Of a DNA stretch of 64,000 nucleotides, positions 27,442 through 37,390 are shown in pieces. How positions within the stretch are numbered: the stretch's first letter is position 1; the number at the start of each line of letters is the position of its first letter. The position numbers were made by a program, and so were the translations under genes. The notes below the pieces were generated by a model, which was given only the letters and a program-made list of their open reading frames with translations, was not told the DNA's origin and did not search any database. This stretch comes from an uncultured Candidatus Rokubacteria bacterium (GTDB taxonomy: Bacteria > Methylomirabilota > Methylomirabilia > Rokubacteriales > DASRDR01), in contig CAWGVS010000006.1 in the NCBI GenBank assembly GCA_963826115.1, positions 832,001 to 896,000 of the forward strand. The letters run 5' to 3'.

Positions 27442-28182
27442 CTACCGTCGCGCGACCAGCCGGCGGAACACCGCTCCGAACGTGAAGTCGTAGCCGGCCG
27501 CGTGCTCGGCGGCCTGGCGCTTCACGCGCTCGCCGAGCGTGTCGCCGTCCGGCACGTTGAAGCCCGGCACCTGGCTCTCGTGGCGGACGAGGGCGGCGAT
27601 CTGCCGGTCGATCGACTCCGTGACGTCCACGATGACGTCGGGCTGGTCCACGCCCCAGTACCAGAGCTCGCGGACCTTGTGGGGCTCCAGACCTTCCTCT
27701 TCCACATGCTCGGGGAAGTGGAGGTGGTCGCGAGCGAACGGGTAGATGGCGTCGGTCGTCACGATCCCCGCCTTCCGATGGTCGCGGTGCTGGAAGCTCT
27801 TCATGCGGTACGGGTCGTGGACGAAGACGGTGTCCGGCCGGTAGCGCCGGATCGCCCGGACGACGTCGCCGAGGAACTCCCGCGTGTCCTCGAGCCCGCC
27901 GTCCGGGTAGCCGAGCATCACCACGTGGCGGACGCCCATGAAGTCCGCGGCCGCCCGCTGCTCGTCGGCCCGCCGGGCGGTGAGCTCGGCCGGCGTCAGC
28001 GAGCGGTCCGCCGTGCCGGCTCCGCCGTTGGTGCAGAGCACGTAGGTGACCTCGCAGCCCTTCGCCACCCACTTGGCGATGACGCCTCCCGAGCCGATCT
28101 CGGCGTCGTCCGGGTGCGCGAAGACCACCATGGCCCGATCGGGCACCGCGGTCACCACCTCGAGCTTGTCGTCGCTGGACAC
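27442..28182 (-). CDS. PIG-L/LmbE family deacetylase
   Basis: FAHPDDAE, RADEQ, YPDG, HRDH, HESQ. Confidence 0.9.
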   Translation of the reverse strand: MSSDDKLEVVTAVPDRAMVVFAHPDDAEIGSGGVIAKWVAKGCEVTYVLCTNGGAGTADRSLTPAELTARRADEQRAAADFMGVRHVVMLGYPDGGLEDTREFLGDVVRAIRRYRPDTVFVHDPYRMKSFQHRDHRKAGIVTTDAIYPFARDHLHFPEHVEEEGLEPHKVRELWYWGVDQPDVIVDVTESIDRQIAALVRHESQVPGFNVPDGDTLGERVKRQAAEHAAGYDFTFGAVFRRLVARR

Positions 28183-28283
28183 CGTGCCTCCCGGGCTCCG
28201 TGGGGATGTCGTGGGCGAGCGAAGCGCTGGCCGACGCTAGTGTACCGCCGACCGCGAGCGCGCCGGCCCGGCGGGACCGGACC

Positions 28284-28313
28284 TTGACCCGGTCGCGCGC
28301 GCGGCCCTAGAAT
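28284..28313 (+). promoter_or_regulatory. Candidate sigma70 promoter
   Basis: TTGACC-N18-TAGAAT upstream of the AGGAGG RBS and ATG 28373. Confidence 0.55.
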
Positions 28314-28372
28314 CACCGCAACGGACCAAGTGTCGGATCCGCCCGCGATTCCCCGGACGAGGAGGATCGACC

Positions 28373-29100
28373 ATGCGAGCCAGCGTGACAGTCCTCGCCG
28401 CTGCGGTGGTCCTGGCGGCCCTGCCGACCGCCACCCAGGCCCAGACCCGGACCACGACGCGCGGCGCCTTCGGCGGCGCGTGTCCTCGGACACCACCGTC
28501 GGACCCTTCCGGGGCAGCGTGCCGCAGGGCGCGACGCTCGGAGCCGCCCGGGGAGCGGTGTCCTCGGACACCGTGATCGGCGCGGTCCGCAACGGGCCCC
28601 CCGCGTTGATCGGAGGGAACTGGACACCGAGCCTGACCGGCCCCGGGCTCGTCTGGACGGCTGCGGTGCCGGTGACGTCCTTCGCGCCGCGGGGTACGTC
28701 CGCGTGGGCGTGATCCCATTCCGCGGTGACGCGTCGCCCGGGTCGGTCGGCGCCTTCGCCCCGCCGGCGCCGCCCGACACCGTGCTCGGGCCTTCCGCGG
28801 CCCAGGATCTCGAGGGACGACTCAAGTCCGCGGCCACGATCTCGATGTGGGACGGGAACTACAAGCAGGGCGAGGTCATGACGAATCGCGCCGTCGGTGT
28901 CCGCGAGGAGATTGCGGGCGGCACGGTCCGCCCCGAGGTGGCCAGCGCGCTCGAGGACGAACGCGAAGTTCCTCCGGGACTGGGGCCGTGACGCCGCGGC
29001 GGCCGACATGGAGTCCCGGGCCAAGGAGATCCGGACGAAGCTCGAGGCGCCACCGGCCGCGAAGCGAACCGAGCGAACCGAGCGGGCCGAGCGCTTCTGA
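28373..29100 (+). CDS. Secreted protein with short Gly-rich repeats and C-terminal TPR-like segment (apparently frameshifted)
   Basis: Signal peptide MRASVTVLAAAVVLAALPTATQA; coherent sequence continues over four ORF fragments to ...PEVASALE/NAKFLRDWGRDAAAADMESRAKEIR. Confidence 0.55.
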
Positions 29101-29293
29101 TCGTTCCCGCCTGAGTCGTAGCGGGCGCCGTCCGACGACCGGGCGGCGCCCGCGCTGTTTCGCGCACGATGCTTCTGACCGCGCATGTCCGGTTCGGATC
29201 GAGGGCGGAGCTCGTGGTCCTTGCGCGGCGCGTGACGCGACCGCGGGCGCTCGTCTGAGACCGGTCACACGCTCGGGAAAGCGCGGGCCCCAA

Positions 29294-29323
29294 TTGTCTA
29301 GACAACCTCGCCCGTGCCATACT
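29294..29323 (+). promoter_or_regulatory. Promoter overlapped by palindromic GntR(HutC)-type operator
   Basis: Perfect palindrome TTGTCTAGACAA (29294-29305) covering a -35-like TTGTCT; N18 to CATACT with extended TG. Confidence 0.6.
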
Positions 29324-29394
29324 CCACCCGGCGGGACGACCGAGGCTCAGGCGGCATCCGCGACGCGGCGGCGACGCAGGAAAGGAGACCGGAC

Positions 29395-30321
29395 GTGGCC
29401 AAGACGCACAAGATCCTCCGAGGCTCGTGCCCGCTCGTGCTCACCCCCTTCAAGGACAACGAGGATCTCGACCTCGACGCGCTGAAGGTCCACATCGACT
29501 GGCTCATCGACAAGGGCGCCCCCGGGCTCTTCCTGGCGGGGAGCTGGGGCGAGTACTCGCAGCTCAACGACGACGAGCGCCGCCAGGTCTTCGAGGCCGG
29601 CCTCAAGCACGTGGCGGGCCGGGTGCCGGTGTTCGTCGGGATCTGCGGGCTCGGCCAGACGACGCGCGCGAGCGTCGAGTTCGGGCGCGCGGCCGAGGGC
29701 GCGGGCGCCGACGGGCTGATGGTCAAGCAGTACCTCTACATCGACGCGTCGGAGCGGCACGGGAAGGCCCCGGAGGCGGACATCCGCGAGGGGCTCCTCG
29801 AGTATTTCGGCGCGATGTCGCGCGCGGTCGACGTCCCGATCATGCTCTACAACTCGGTGTGGGGGACGGTGGCGGCGAGCCCGGAGGCGCAGGTCGAGCT
29901 GACGGACCGCGGGTACATCCAGTACGTCAAGGAGTGCACCGGCATCGTGACCATGCAGCAGACGATCGGCCTGGTCGGCGACCGGCTCTCCGTATTCAAC
30001 GGGATGGAGGACTCGGCGTTCCCCGCCTTCGTCCTCGGCTCGACGGGTTGGTGCACCGGCACCGCCGCGGTCATCCCGGAGCTCTGCATCAAGCTCTTCG
30101 ACCTGGTCCAGGAAGGCCGGATCAAGGAGGCGCGGGACCTCTGGCTCCGCATCGTCCCGCTGACGGTCTTCCTCGAGGGCGGCAAGGGCATCCAGCTGAT
30201 GAAGTACGCGTCGAAGCTCCAGGGCGTCCCCATCGGCACCGCGCGGAAGAGCCGCGCGAGCCTCACCCCGGCCGAGAAGCAGAAGATGGAGCGGATGCTC
30301 AAGGACCTCGGAGCCCTGTAG
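29395..30321 (+). CDS. Dihydrodipicolinate synthase/N-acetylneuraminate lyase family protein
   Basis: AAAGGAG RBS and GTG; VLTPF, LAGSWGE, IMLYN, YVKE (Schiff-base Lys). Confidence 0.88.
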   Translation: MAKTHKILRGSCPLVLTPFKDNEDLDLDALKVHIDWLIDKGAPGLFLAGSWGEYSQLNDDERRQVFEAGLKHVAGRVPVFVGICGLGQTTRASVEFGRAAEGAGADGLMVKQYLYIDASERHGKAPEADIREGLLEYFGAMSRAVDVPIMLYNSVWGTVAASPEAQVELTDRGYIQYVKECTGIVTMQQTIGLVGDRLSVFNGMEDSAFPAFVLGSTGWCTGTAAVIPELCIKLFDLVQEGRIKEARDLWLRIVPLTVFLEGGKGIQLMKYASKLQGVPIGTARKSRASLTPAEKQKMERMLKDLGAL

Positions 30322-30419
30322 ACCTTCCGCGCGGCATCGCGCCCGTCCGGCCTCGCCGCGGCGCCGGACGGGGCGGCGCGAGCCGGCGCGGCCCACACGC
30401 GCATGCTAGGAGGAGCGAC

Positions 30420-31684
30420 ATGAGAAGAAGCATCTGGATGGTCGTGGCGCTGGTCGCGGCCGCGGCCGTGATCGTCGTCGGGCAGCCCGCGTCGGGGCAG
30501 GGCAAGCCCGCGTTCACCCTCAAGTTCGGCGTCCTGTCCGGCCTCACCGGCGACCCCGCGGTCTCCGGCCAGGCCTGGAACCAGGCCGCGAAGGTCGGCA
30601 TCGACTACATCGACGAGACGCTCAAGAAGCTCAACCTGCCGGACGTCAAGGTCGAGCTGTCCGATTCCCAGGACAGCCAGGGGAACCCGCAGGCCGGCGT
30701 CGAGGCCGCCCAGAAGCTCGTCAACATCAACAAGGTCCACGCGATCATCGGCGATCCGTGGAGCGGCGTGACGAGCGCGGTGGCGCGGGCGGTGGCGATC
30801 CCGAACCGCGTGCTGATGTTCACGGGCGGGACGAGCCCGGCGCTCACCAAGCTCAACACGGAGAGCCCGGCCTTCATCTGGCAGCCGGTCGCCTCGGACG
30901 ACATCCAGGGCCGCGTCCTCGCCGCCCTGATGGCCGACGCCTTCGGCAAGACGGCCAAGGTGAACGTCGCCGCGCGGAACGACGCCTACGGCACGAACCT
31001 CTCCGCGGTCTTCAAGGACGCGTGGACGGCGGGCGGCGGCACGATCCCGAAGTTCGTCATCTACAACCACCAGCAGCCCACGCTGGACAGCGAGGCGCAG
31101 GAGGTCGTCCAGGGCAACCCGGACGCGTGGCTCTTCATCGACTTCTGCCCGACGTTCGCGAAGCTCGCGCTGCCGCTCTCGCGGACCGGGAAGTGGGACC
31201 CGGCGAAGACCTTCGGGTCCGACACGCTCGTCGACTGCCAGAGCCGCGGGACCAAGAGCTGGCCCGGGCTGCGCGCGACGCAGGCGAACGCCTCGTCGGG
31301 CTCGTCGTTCCCGGCCTACAAGGCGCTCTTCGAGCAGAAGGCGAAGCCGGGCGACCCAGTTCGCCGCGTGGACGGCCGAGGCGTTCGACAGCGTGTTCAT
31401 CGCCTTCCTGGCGGCGCTGGAGGCGAAGTCGTCGGACCCGGCGAAGATCAGCGCAGCACATCGTGTCGGTGACGAACCCGCCCGGCAAGCCGTTCAGCTT
31501 TCCAGGAGCTCGACAAGGCGATCGGCGCGGTCCTCGAGGGGCAGCGGATCCACTTCAACGGCGCCACCGGCCCCATCCAGTTCACCAAGGAAGGCCGCGT
31601 CGAGCTCGCACGGCCTACGACATCTGGCAGGTCAAGCCGGACGGCTCCAGCGCGCCGGTCAAGACGATCACGTTCAAGCCGTAG
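30420..31684 (+). CDS. Branched-chain amino acid-type ABC transporter substrate-binding protein (3' part frameshifted)
   Basis: AGGAGGAG RBS, signal peptide, DSQGNP, NDAYG; the C-terminus is recoverable only by changing frames after ~31355. Confidence 0.8.
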
Positions 31685-31816
31685 CCTGCCGGGCCCAGCC
31701 ATACGGCCTGCGCCGTCCGGGCGATCTCCCGACCGCGTGCCGGGCGGATACGCTACGCGGGTCCGCCCGGGCGCGGCGACCGGCGCGACAGCCGGCCGCT
31801 GCGCGGCCTGACCCTG

Positions 31817-32721
31817 ATGCTCGCCTACCTGCTCCAGCTCACCCTCAACGGCCTCATCACCGGCGCCATCCTGGCCCTCACGGGCGTCGGCGCCTCGCTG
31901 GTCTTCGGCATCCAGCGCGTGGCGAACTTCGCCCACGGGGAGTACCTGACGTTCGCCGCCTACGTCGGCCTCGTGCTGAACGCTGGTGCTGCGGCCAGAG
32001 CATCGTCGTGGCCGCCGTCGGCGCGATGGCGGCGACGGCCGCTGCTGGCGGTCGGGCTGCACTTCACGGTGCTGCGTCCGCTCCGGGGCCGTGGCCTGGT
32101 GGCGCTGTCGCTCATCACGACCGGGCTCGCGCTCATGCTCCGCGAACGTCATCTTCATCGGCGCCGGCCCGATGATCCGGAGCTACGACGATCGACCAGT
32201 CCGCCGTCTACGATCTGGGGCTCGTGCGCATCTCGCCGGGGCAGGCGGTGGCGCTCGCGATCGCCGTAGTCGGTGGCGCCCTCGGTCGCGCTGTTTCTCG
32301 CCCGACGCGGCTCGGCAAGGCGATGCGCGCGGTCGCCGACAACCGCGACCTCGCGGCGATCGCGGGCATCGACGTCGACCGGATCGGCGCGTACGTCTGG
32401 CTTCTCGCCGGTGCGCTGGCCGGGCTCGGCGGCGTGATGTTCGCTGTGGTGCAGGGCACCTTCGACCCGAACCTGGGCTTCCAGGTGCTGTTCCTGATCT
32501 TCACGACGGTCGTGCTGGCGGGATCGGGAGCGCCTACGGCGCGCTGGTCGCGCGGGCTGGTGCTCGGCCTGGCCATGGATCTGTCGACGTGGAGCGGCTT
32601 CTTCGGCGGGCTCGACGCGCGCTTCAAGCCGCTCCTCGCCTTCGCCGCGCTGATCCGTCTCCTCCTCTACCGGCCGCAGGGGCTCTTCGGCAAGGCGCGG
32701 GTCCTGATGTGCTCGACGTGA
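31817..32721 (+). CDS. livH: Branched-chain amino acid ABC permease (frameshifted)
   Basis: LNGLITGAILAL...VANFAHGE; TRLGKAMRAVADN...GIDVDR; RPQGLFG. Confidence 0.8.
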
Positions 32722-32761
32722 CTTCCACACACTGCAAGATACGCAGTGGACGGATAATCTG

Positions 32762-33593
32762 ATGGACCTCTTCAATCCGGCATTCTGGACCTTCATGGCG
32801 GTCATCGCGGGGATCTACGTGATCCTCTCGCTGGGCCTCTACGTCCAGTTCTCGATGGCCGGCCTCCCGAACTTCGGCCACGTGGCGTTCATGGCGGTGG
32901 CCGCGTACACGATGGCCATCTTGGTGGTGCGCCTCGCCGCATGCCCCTCCCGGTCGCCGTCGATCCTGGCCGCTGGTGGCCGCGGTGGTCCCTGGGGCTG
33001 ATCCTCGGCGTCCCGGCGCTGCGGCTCCGCGCGGACTACCTGGCCATCGCCACGGTGGCGGGCGGCGAGATCGTCCGCTACCTGGCGATGAACTTTCCCG
33101 GGCTGACCGGCGGGCCGCTGGGCTCGATCGGCCTCCTCGGGCCCGGGTGAGATCGCGTCGTACAACGACGCCTGGCATGCAGATGCTCAACCGCGCTGGC
33201 CGCGAGGGCGTGTCGGCGCTCCTGGGCTCGACGGTCCCACGTGACCTCGTGATGGCCTCCCTGTCTGGGCGATCGCGTCGTGCTCCTCGCGGTCGTTCTG
33301 GCGGCTCGAGCGCTCGCCGTGGGGGCGCGTCTCAGAGCGATCCGGGAGGACGAGACGGCGGCGGCTGCGGTCGGCAAGAACGTTTCGGCTTCAAGCTCCA
33401 GGCGCTCGTCCTCGGCGCATCCTCGGCGCCTGCAGGCTGCTCTAGCATGGCAATCGGCGTGTTCGCTCCAGACGACTACCAGCCGAGCATGACCTTCTAC
33501 GCCTACCTATCCTATTCTGGGTGGAGACCGCTGTGGGCGATTCCAGTCGGCGCCTGCTGTTCAGTCTGCTCTACACGGGCACGCGGTTCCTGA
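32762..33593 (+). CDS. livM: Branched-chain amino acid ABC permease (frameshifted)
   Basis: GLPNFGHVAFM, ALRLRADYLAIAT, LTGGPLG, LRAIREDETAAAAVGKN spread across frames. Confidence 0.75.
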
Positions 33594-33613
33594 TTTTATT
33601 TTTTTATTTTTTT

Positions 33614-34319
33614 GCACGCTTCGACCTGATCATCTTCGACAACGACGGCGTGCTCGTCGACAGCGAGCCGGTCGCGAATCGGGTCCTGTCCTCGCTGCTG
33701 ACGGAGTACGGGTTCCCGTGCACGCCCGAGGAGCTCCATCGCGACCTTCATGGGGCATTCGGCCCCGCAGGTTCGCGCCATGGTGGAGGCGCAGCTCGGC
33801 CGAGCCCTCCCCGCCGATCTCGAGGCACGTTACGTCGAAGAGCTCTTTCCGACGTTCCGGCGGTCGCTTCAGCCGATTCCCGGCATCGTGGACGCGCTCC
33901 GCGCGATCGACCAAGTGGTGTGCGTCGCCTCGAGCGGCACCCACGAGCGCATCCGCCTGACGCTCGTCACCACCGGCCTCTGGGACCGCTTCGGAGGCCG
34001 GGTGTTCAGCGCGCAGGACGTGGCCCGCGGGAAGCCAGCGCCGGACTTGTTTCTCCACGCGGCAGCTTCACTCGGGGTGGATCCGCGCCGCTGCGCCGTC
34101 GTCGAGGACAGCCCGGCGGGCGTCACCGCGGCCAATGCGGCCGAGATGACGAGCTTCGGCTTCGCGCGACTGGCGCCCGCCGAGCGGCTTGCGCATGCCA
34201 CGGGCGCGGTCTTCTCGGACATGCGCCGGCTTCCGGCGCTGCTCCGGGTAGCGACGGCCCCGACGGAGGAGATGTGGGGGGGCGCGTCTTACTCGTTGGT
34301 TTCGCCGGACGGCCGATAG
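33614..34319 (+). CDS. HAD-IA family hydrolase (start missing, one frameshift)
   Basis: RFDLIIFDNDGVLVDSE (motif I), VASSG, GKPAPDLF, VEDSPAG. Confidence 0.8.
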
Positions 34320-34329
34320 CTTCGCGGCG

Positions 34330-34892
34330 CGATCGAGCGCAGCGCGGGACGCATCGCGCGCGCCGGCCTCGTCGCCGTTCAGGCCGCGCGGTGCTGACGC
34401 ACATGAGCGTGCTCGAAAATGCTGCCGCGCCAGCGCAGCGGAGCGCTAGTAATCGCTCTCCGCCGCAGCGCGTGGCGCGCGCGCGAGCGGAAGTGCGCAC
34501 GAGCGATCGCGCTGCTCGACTCGTCCGCCTCGCGCATCTCGCCGACGCGTACGCCGGGACGCTCTCCGGCGGCAGCGGAAGCTTCTCGAGCTCGGGCGGG
34601 CGCTGATGGTCGAGCCGCGCATGATTCTGCTCGACGAGCCGATGGCTGGCGTGGCGCCGGTGCTCGCCGAGCAGCTTCTCGATCATATCCGCGCGCTCCG
34701 CGAGCGGAACGCGGCGTCGACGTGCTCGTCATCGAGCACGACATGGACGTCGTGATGTCGATCAGCGACCACGTGATCGTGATGGACGAGGGACACGTAA
34801 TCGCCGAGGGACGCCGGAGGCGATCCAGCGGAACGAGCGCGTCATCGAGGCGTATCTCGGCCGGCTCGATGCCGGAGACGGTAGCGCGATGA
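34330..34892 (+). CDS. livG: Branched-chain amino acid ABC ATP-binding protein, 3' part only, heavily frameshifted
   Basis: MSVLEN, YAGTLSGG, LLDEPMAGV, VIEHDMDVVMSISDHVIVMDEG, VIEAYLG fragments. Confidence 0.7.
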
Positions 34893-35645
34893 GCGATCGT
34901 CGTGCTCACCGTCGCGCGACATCTCACGCCGGCTACGGCGACGAGGACATTCTCCACGGCGTCTCGCATCGCCGTGGCGCGCGGCGCGATCGTCGCGGTG
35001 ATCGGACCGAACGGCTCCGGCAAGTCGACGCTGCTCAAGACGATGTACGGGCTCGTTCCGGCGCGCCGCGGCGGATCACGCTCTCCGCGCGAGGCCGGGC
35101 AGGCCGACAGACCTTGACCGGACTGAAGCCGAACGCGGATCACTGCGCTCGGGTGTCAACATGGTGCCGCAGATCGCCAACGTCTTCCCCGAGCTGTCGG
35201 TTGTCGAGAATCTCGAGATCGGGGCGCTGCCGGTCCGGCGACCGTTTCAAGGAGCAGGCGGAGCATGTACTGATCGGCGTGCCGCTGCTGCAGCGGCATG
35301 CTCGGAAAGCGCGCCGCACGCTGTCCGGCGGCAGCGGCAGATGCTGGGCGATCGGCGCGCGCTATGATGTCCGACCCGCAGGCTCCTGATACTCGACGAG
35401 CCGTCCGCCGGGCTCACGCCGCCGGAGTGAGGACGAGGTCTTCGCCAAGCGTAAGGCAAGTCAATGCGGCCGGGAGTGTCGATCCTGATGGTCGAGCAGA
35501 AGGCGCGCGCAGTGCCTCGCGATGGCGACTACGGCTATGTCTCGACAGGGGCGAACCGCTGGAAGGCCCAGGCGCCGGCGCTACTGCAGGATCCCGAGGT
35601 CGAGCGGCTGTACCTCGGCGTGCAGGAGACGCACGTGGCACATGA
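34889..35645 (+). CDS. livF: Branched-chain amino acid ABC ATP-binding protein (frameshifted)
   Basis: AGYGDEDILHGVS, IGPNGSGKSTLLK, VPQIANVFPELSVVENL, ILDEPSAGL, VEQ, LYLG fragments. Confidence 0.75.
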
Positions 35646-36700
35646 CGCCGCCGGACGGGCTCAACGGGCCAACATCCTCGTCATCAGGTGCTCGGCTGCG
35701 CCGCGGCGTACCATCTGGCGCGCGTGGAGTGGACGTACTGGTCGTGAGCAGGATGAGCTCAATCGAGAGGCGTAAGCTGAACGCAGAACGCTCCACGTGC
35801 AGATGCCGGGCAGCATTTCGCGGTGACTAGACCGGCAGATATGACGCGGCCGACGGACCACGTGTGCGCCACGACCGTCTCTACGCGAGGCCAGCGCGGC
35901 ATGGCGGACTCTCGAGGCGGAGCTGGAGTCCGACCTCGGAGTGCGAGCGAGACGATCTCAGGGGCCGAGACGGAGGAGGACCTCGCGCGCCTCGACCAGG
36001 AAGTCCGCCTCAGCGCCCTTCGGCATCGAGAGAGATCGATCACGAGGCACATGACATGCTGGATCAGCGCAGCATATGTCGAAAGCGCTCGCGGGCGCAG
36101 CGTTCTGCAAAGGGCTTTGCAATCGTTGCTAGTGCGCCGCCTACGTGAGGCGCGACACGCGCGCGCATCAGCGTCATGCGCAGGTCGTCGAGATCAGTCG
36201 CGGAGCGCGCTTCCACGTACGACCGTCAGCGCGGACGTCGAGGCCGGGCGCGTCGTATGCGCGCAGGGCGCAGACACCGAGATCGCCGCGATGGTGATAG
36301 CATTATAAGGCATAGTATGTAAGGGGGTTTGATAGTATAGAGAAGAATGCTATATGAAAAGCACAGAGTTGTATAATAGGGCAGTGAGAGAGAAGAAGCA
36401 GACCGTGCTTTCGTCGATCGTCGGCAGCGCGCGCGTGTAGCGACGTGCTCCCGTCGTCGCGGAGGCGCCTGCGTGGCGGCTGGGCGGATGACGACGGCGA
36501 CGGCGCGCGGATAATGCGATTCGGCTTCATCGGCGAGTACGCGCAGTACCGGGATTCTACGTGCTGAATGGCAGGGCGGATGGGGCTTTGCGCTGAGCCC
36601 GGTCCTGGCCGTGCTCTAGAGCTCCTGCTGGACGGAGCGCCAGCCTGCCGTTCGACGAGTTCAGCGTGACCGCTGGGCCGAGGGCGCCTAGTTAGCGCGA
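35642..36700 (+). CDS. FAD-dependent oxidoreductase (DAO family; OoxB/HcnC/SoxB-like), severely corrupted sequence
   Basis: ATGA overlap with livF; fragments ILVI..GCAAAYHLAR, GVDVLVV, DELNREA, LHVQM, AETEEDLARL, FIGEY, PGFYVL, GFALSPVL in the expected order; end approximate. Confidence 0.55.
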
Positions 36701-36724
36701 TCGGCAATTGACGCGCGTCGGCGT

Positions 36725-37304
36725 CACAGTAGCGTGCCGCCAATGCACGCGCCAGCTCCCTGACGAGCGCCGCCTCGCCCAGATGCGCACGGCCGTGCCC
36801 GACGTCGAGCGCCACGACCTCGCCGAGCGTCTGTGTCCACATCGACTGCACCTCCGCCTGGTACCCGGGCGTCCGGTACGCGGGGTGGCGGGCGAGATGG
36901 GCGCGGTTGTCCGGCACGCGGCCGAGGTCGGCCTCGGTCACGGTATGGAGCCAGCCGACGTTCTCGGCGAGCACCGCGTCCGCGTAGTCGAGCACGTCGC
37001 TGACGGAGACGGCGCGAGCCGCGGCATCCGCCTCGTCGAGGGTGATGCCGAAGGCCATGCCGAGCCGGTCGAGGCCCGCCCGATGCCGCCACGCGTCGCG
37101 GTCCCGAACCTCCGGGACGTTGCGCGCCCACGTCTGCACCGTCCAGTCCTGGCAGGCCGGGATGTGCCAGAGCGTGAAGCCCAGGAGGTTCTGCCCGGGC
37201 GCGACGCGGAAGGTCCACTCGTCGGGGCGGAGATCGCGCGCGAGCGAGTGGAGCGCGGTGTTGACCGCGGCCCACTGGGTCGCGAGGAGCGCCATCGCGT
37301 TCAC
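36725..37304 (-). CDS. DinB family protein (3' end uncertain)
   Basis: PDEWTFR..PGQNLLGFTLWHI...GHGRAHLGE; His triad of DinB/YfiT. Confidence 0.75.
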
Positions 37305-37390
37305 GGCCTACCAGGCGGCGCAGGTCCCGACGGGAGAGCCGTCGCGGTTGCCGCCGCCGCGCGCCGCGTGGCCTCCGCCGAGCCGGGACC

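Noticed and set aside
29064-29093. Short 9-bp tandem repeat (GCGAACCGA twice plus a degenerate copy)
   Set aside because: In-frame coding repeat (RTERTERAER) at a protein C-terminus; no spacers, so not CRISPR.
36300-36400. AT/purine-rich island containing TATAAT
   Set aside because: Lies inside the most corrupted stretch and interrupts an apparent DAO gene; most likely base-calling noise.
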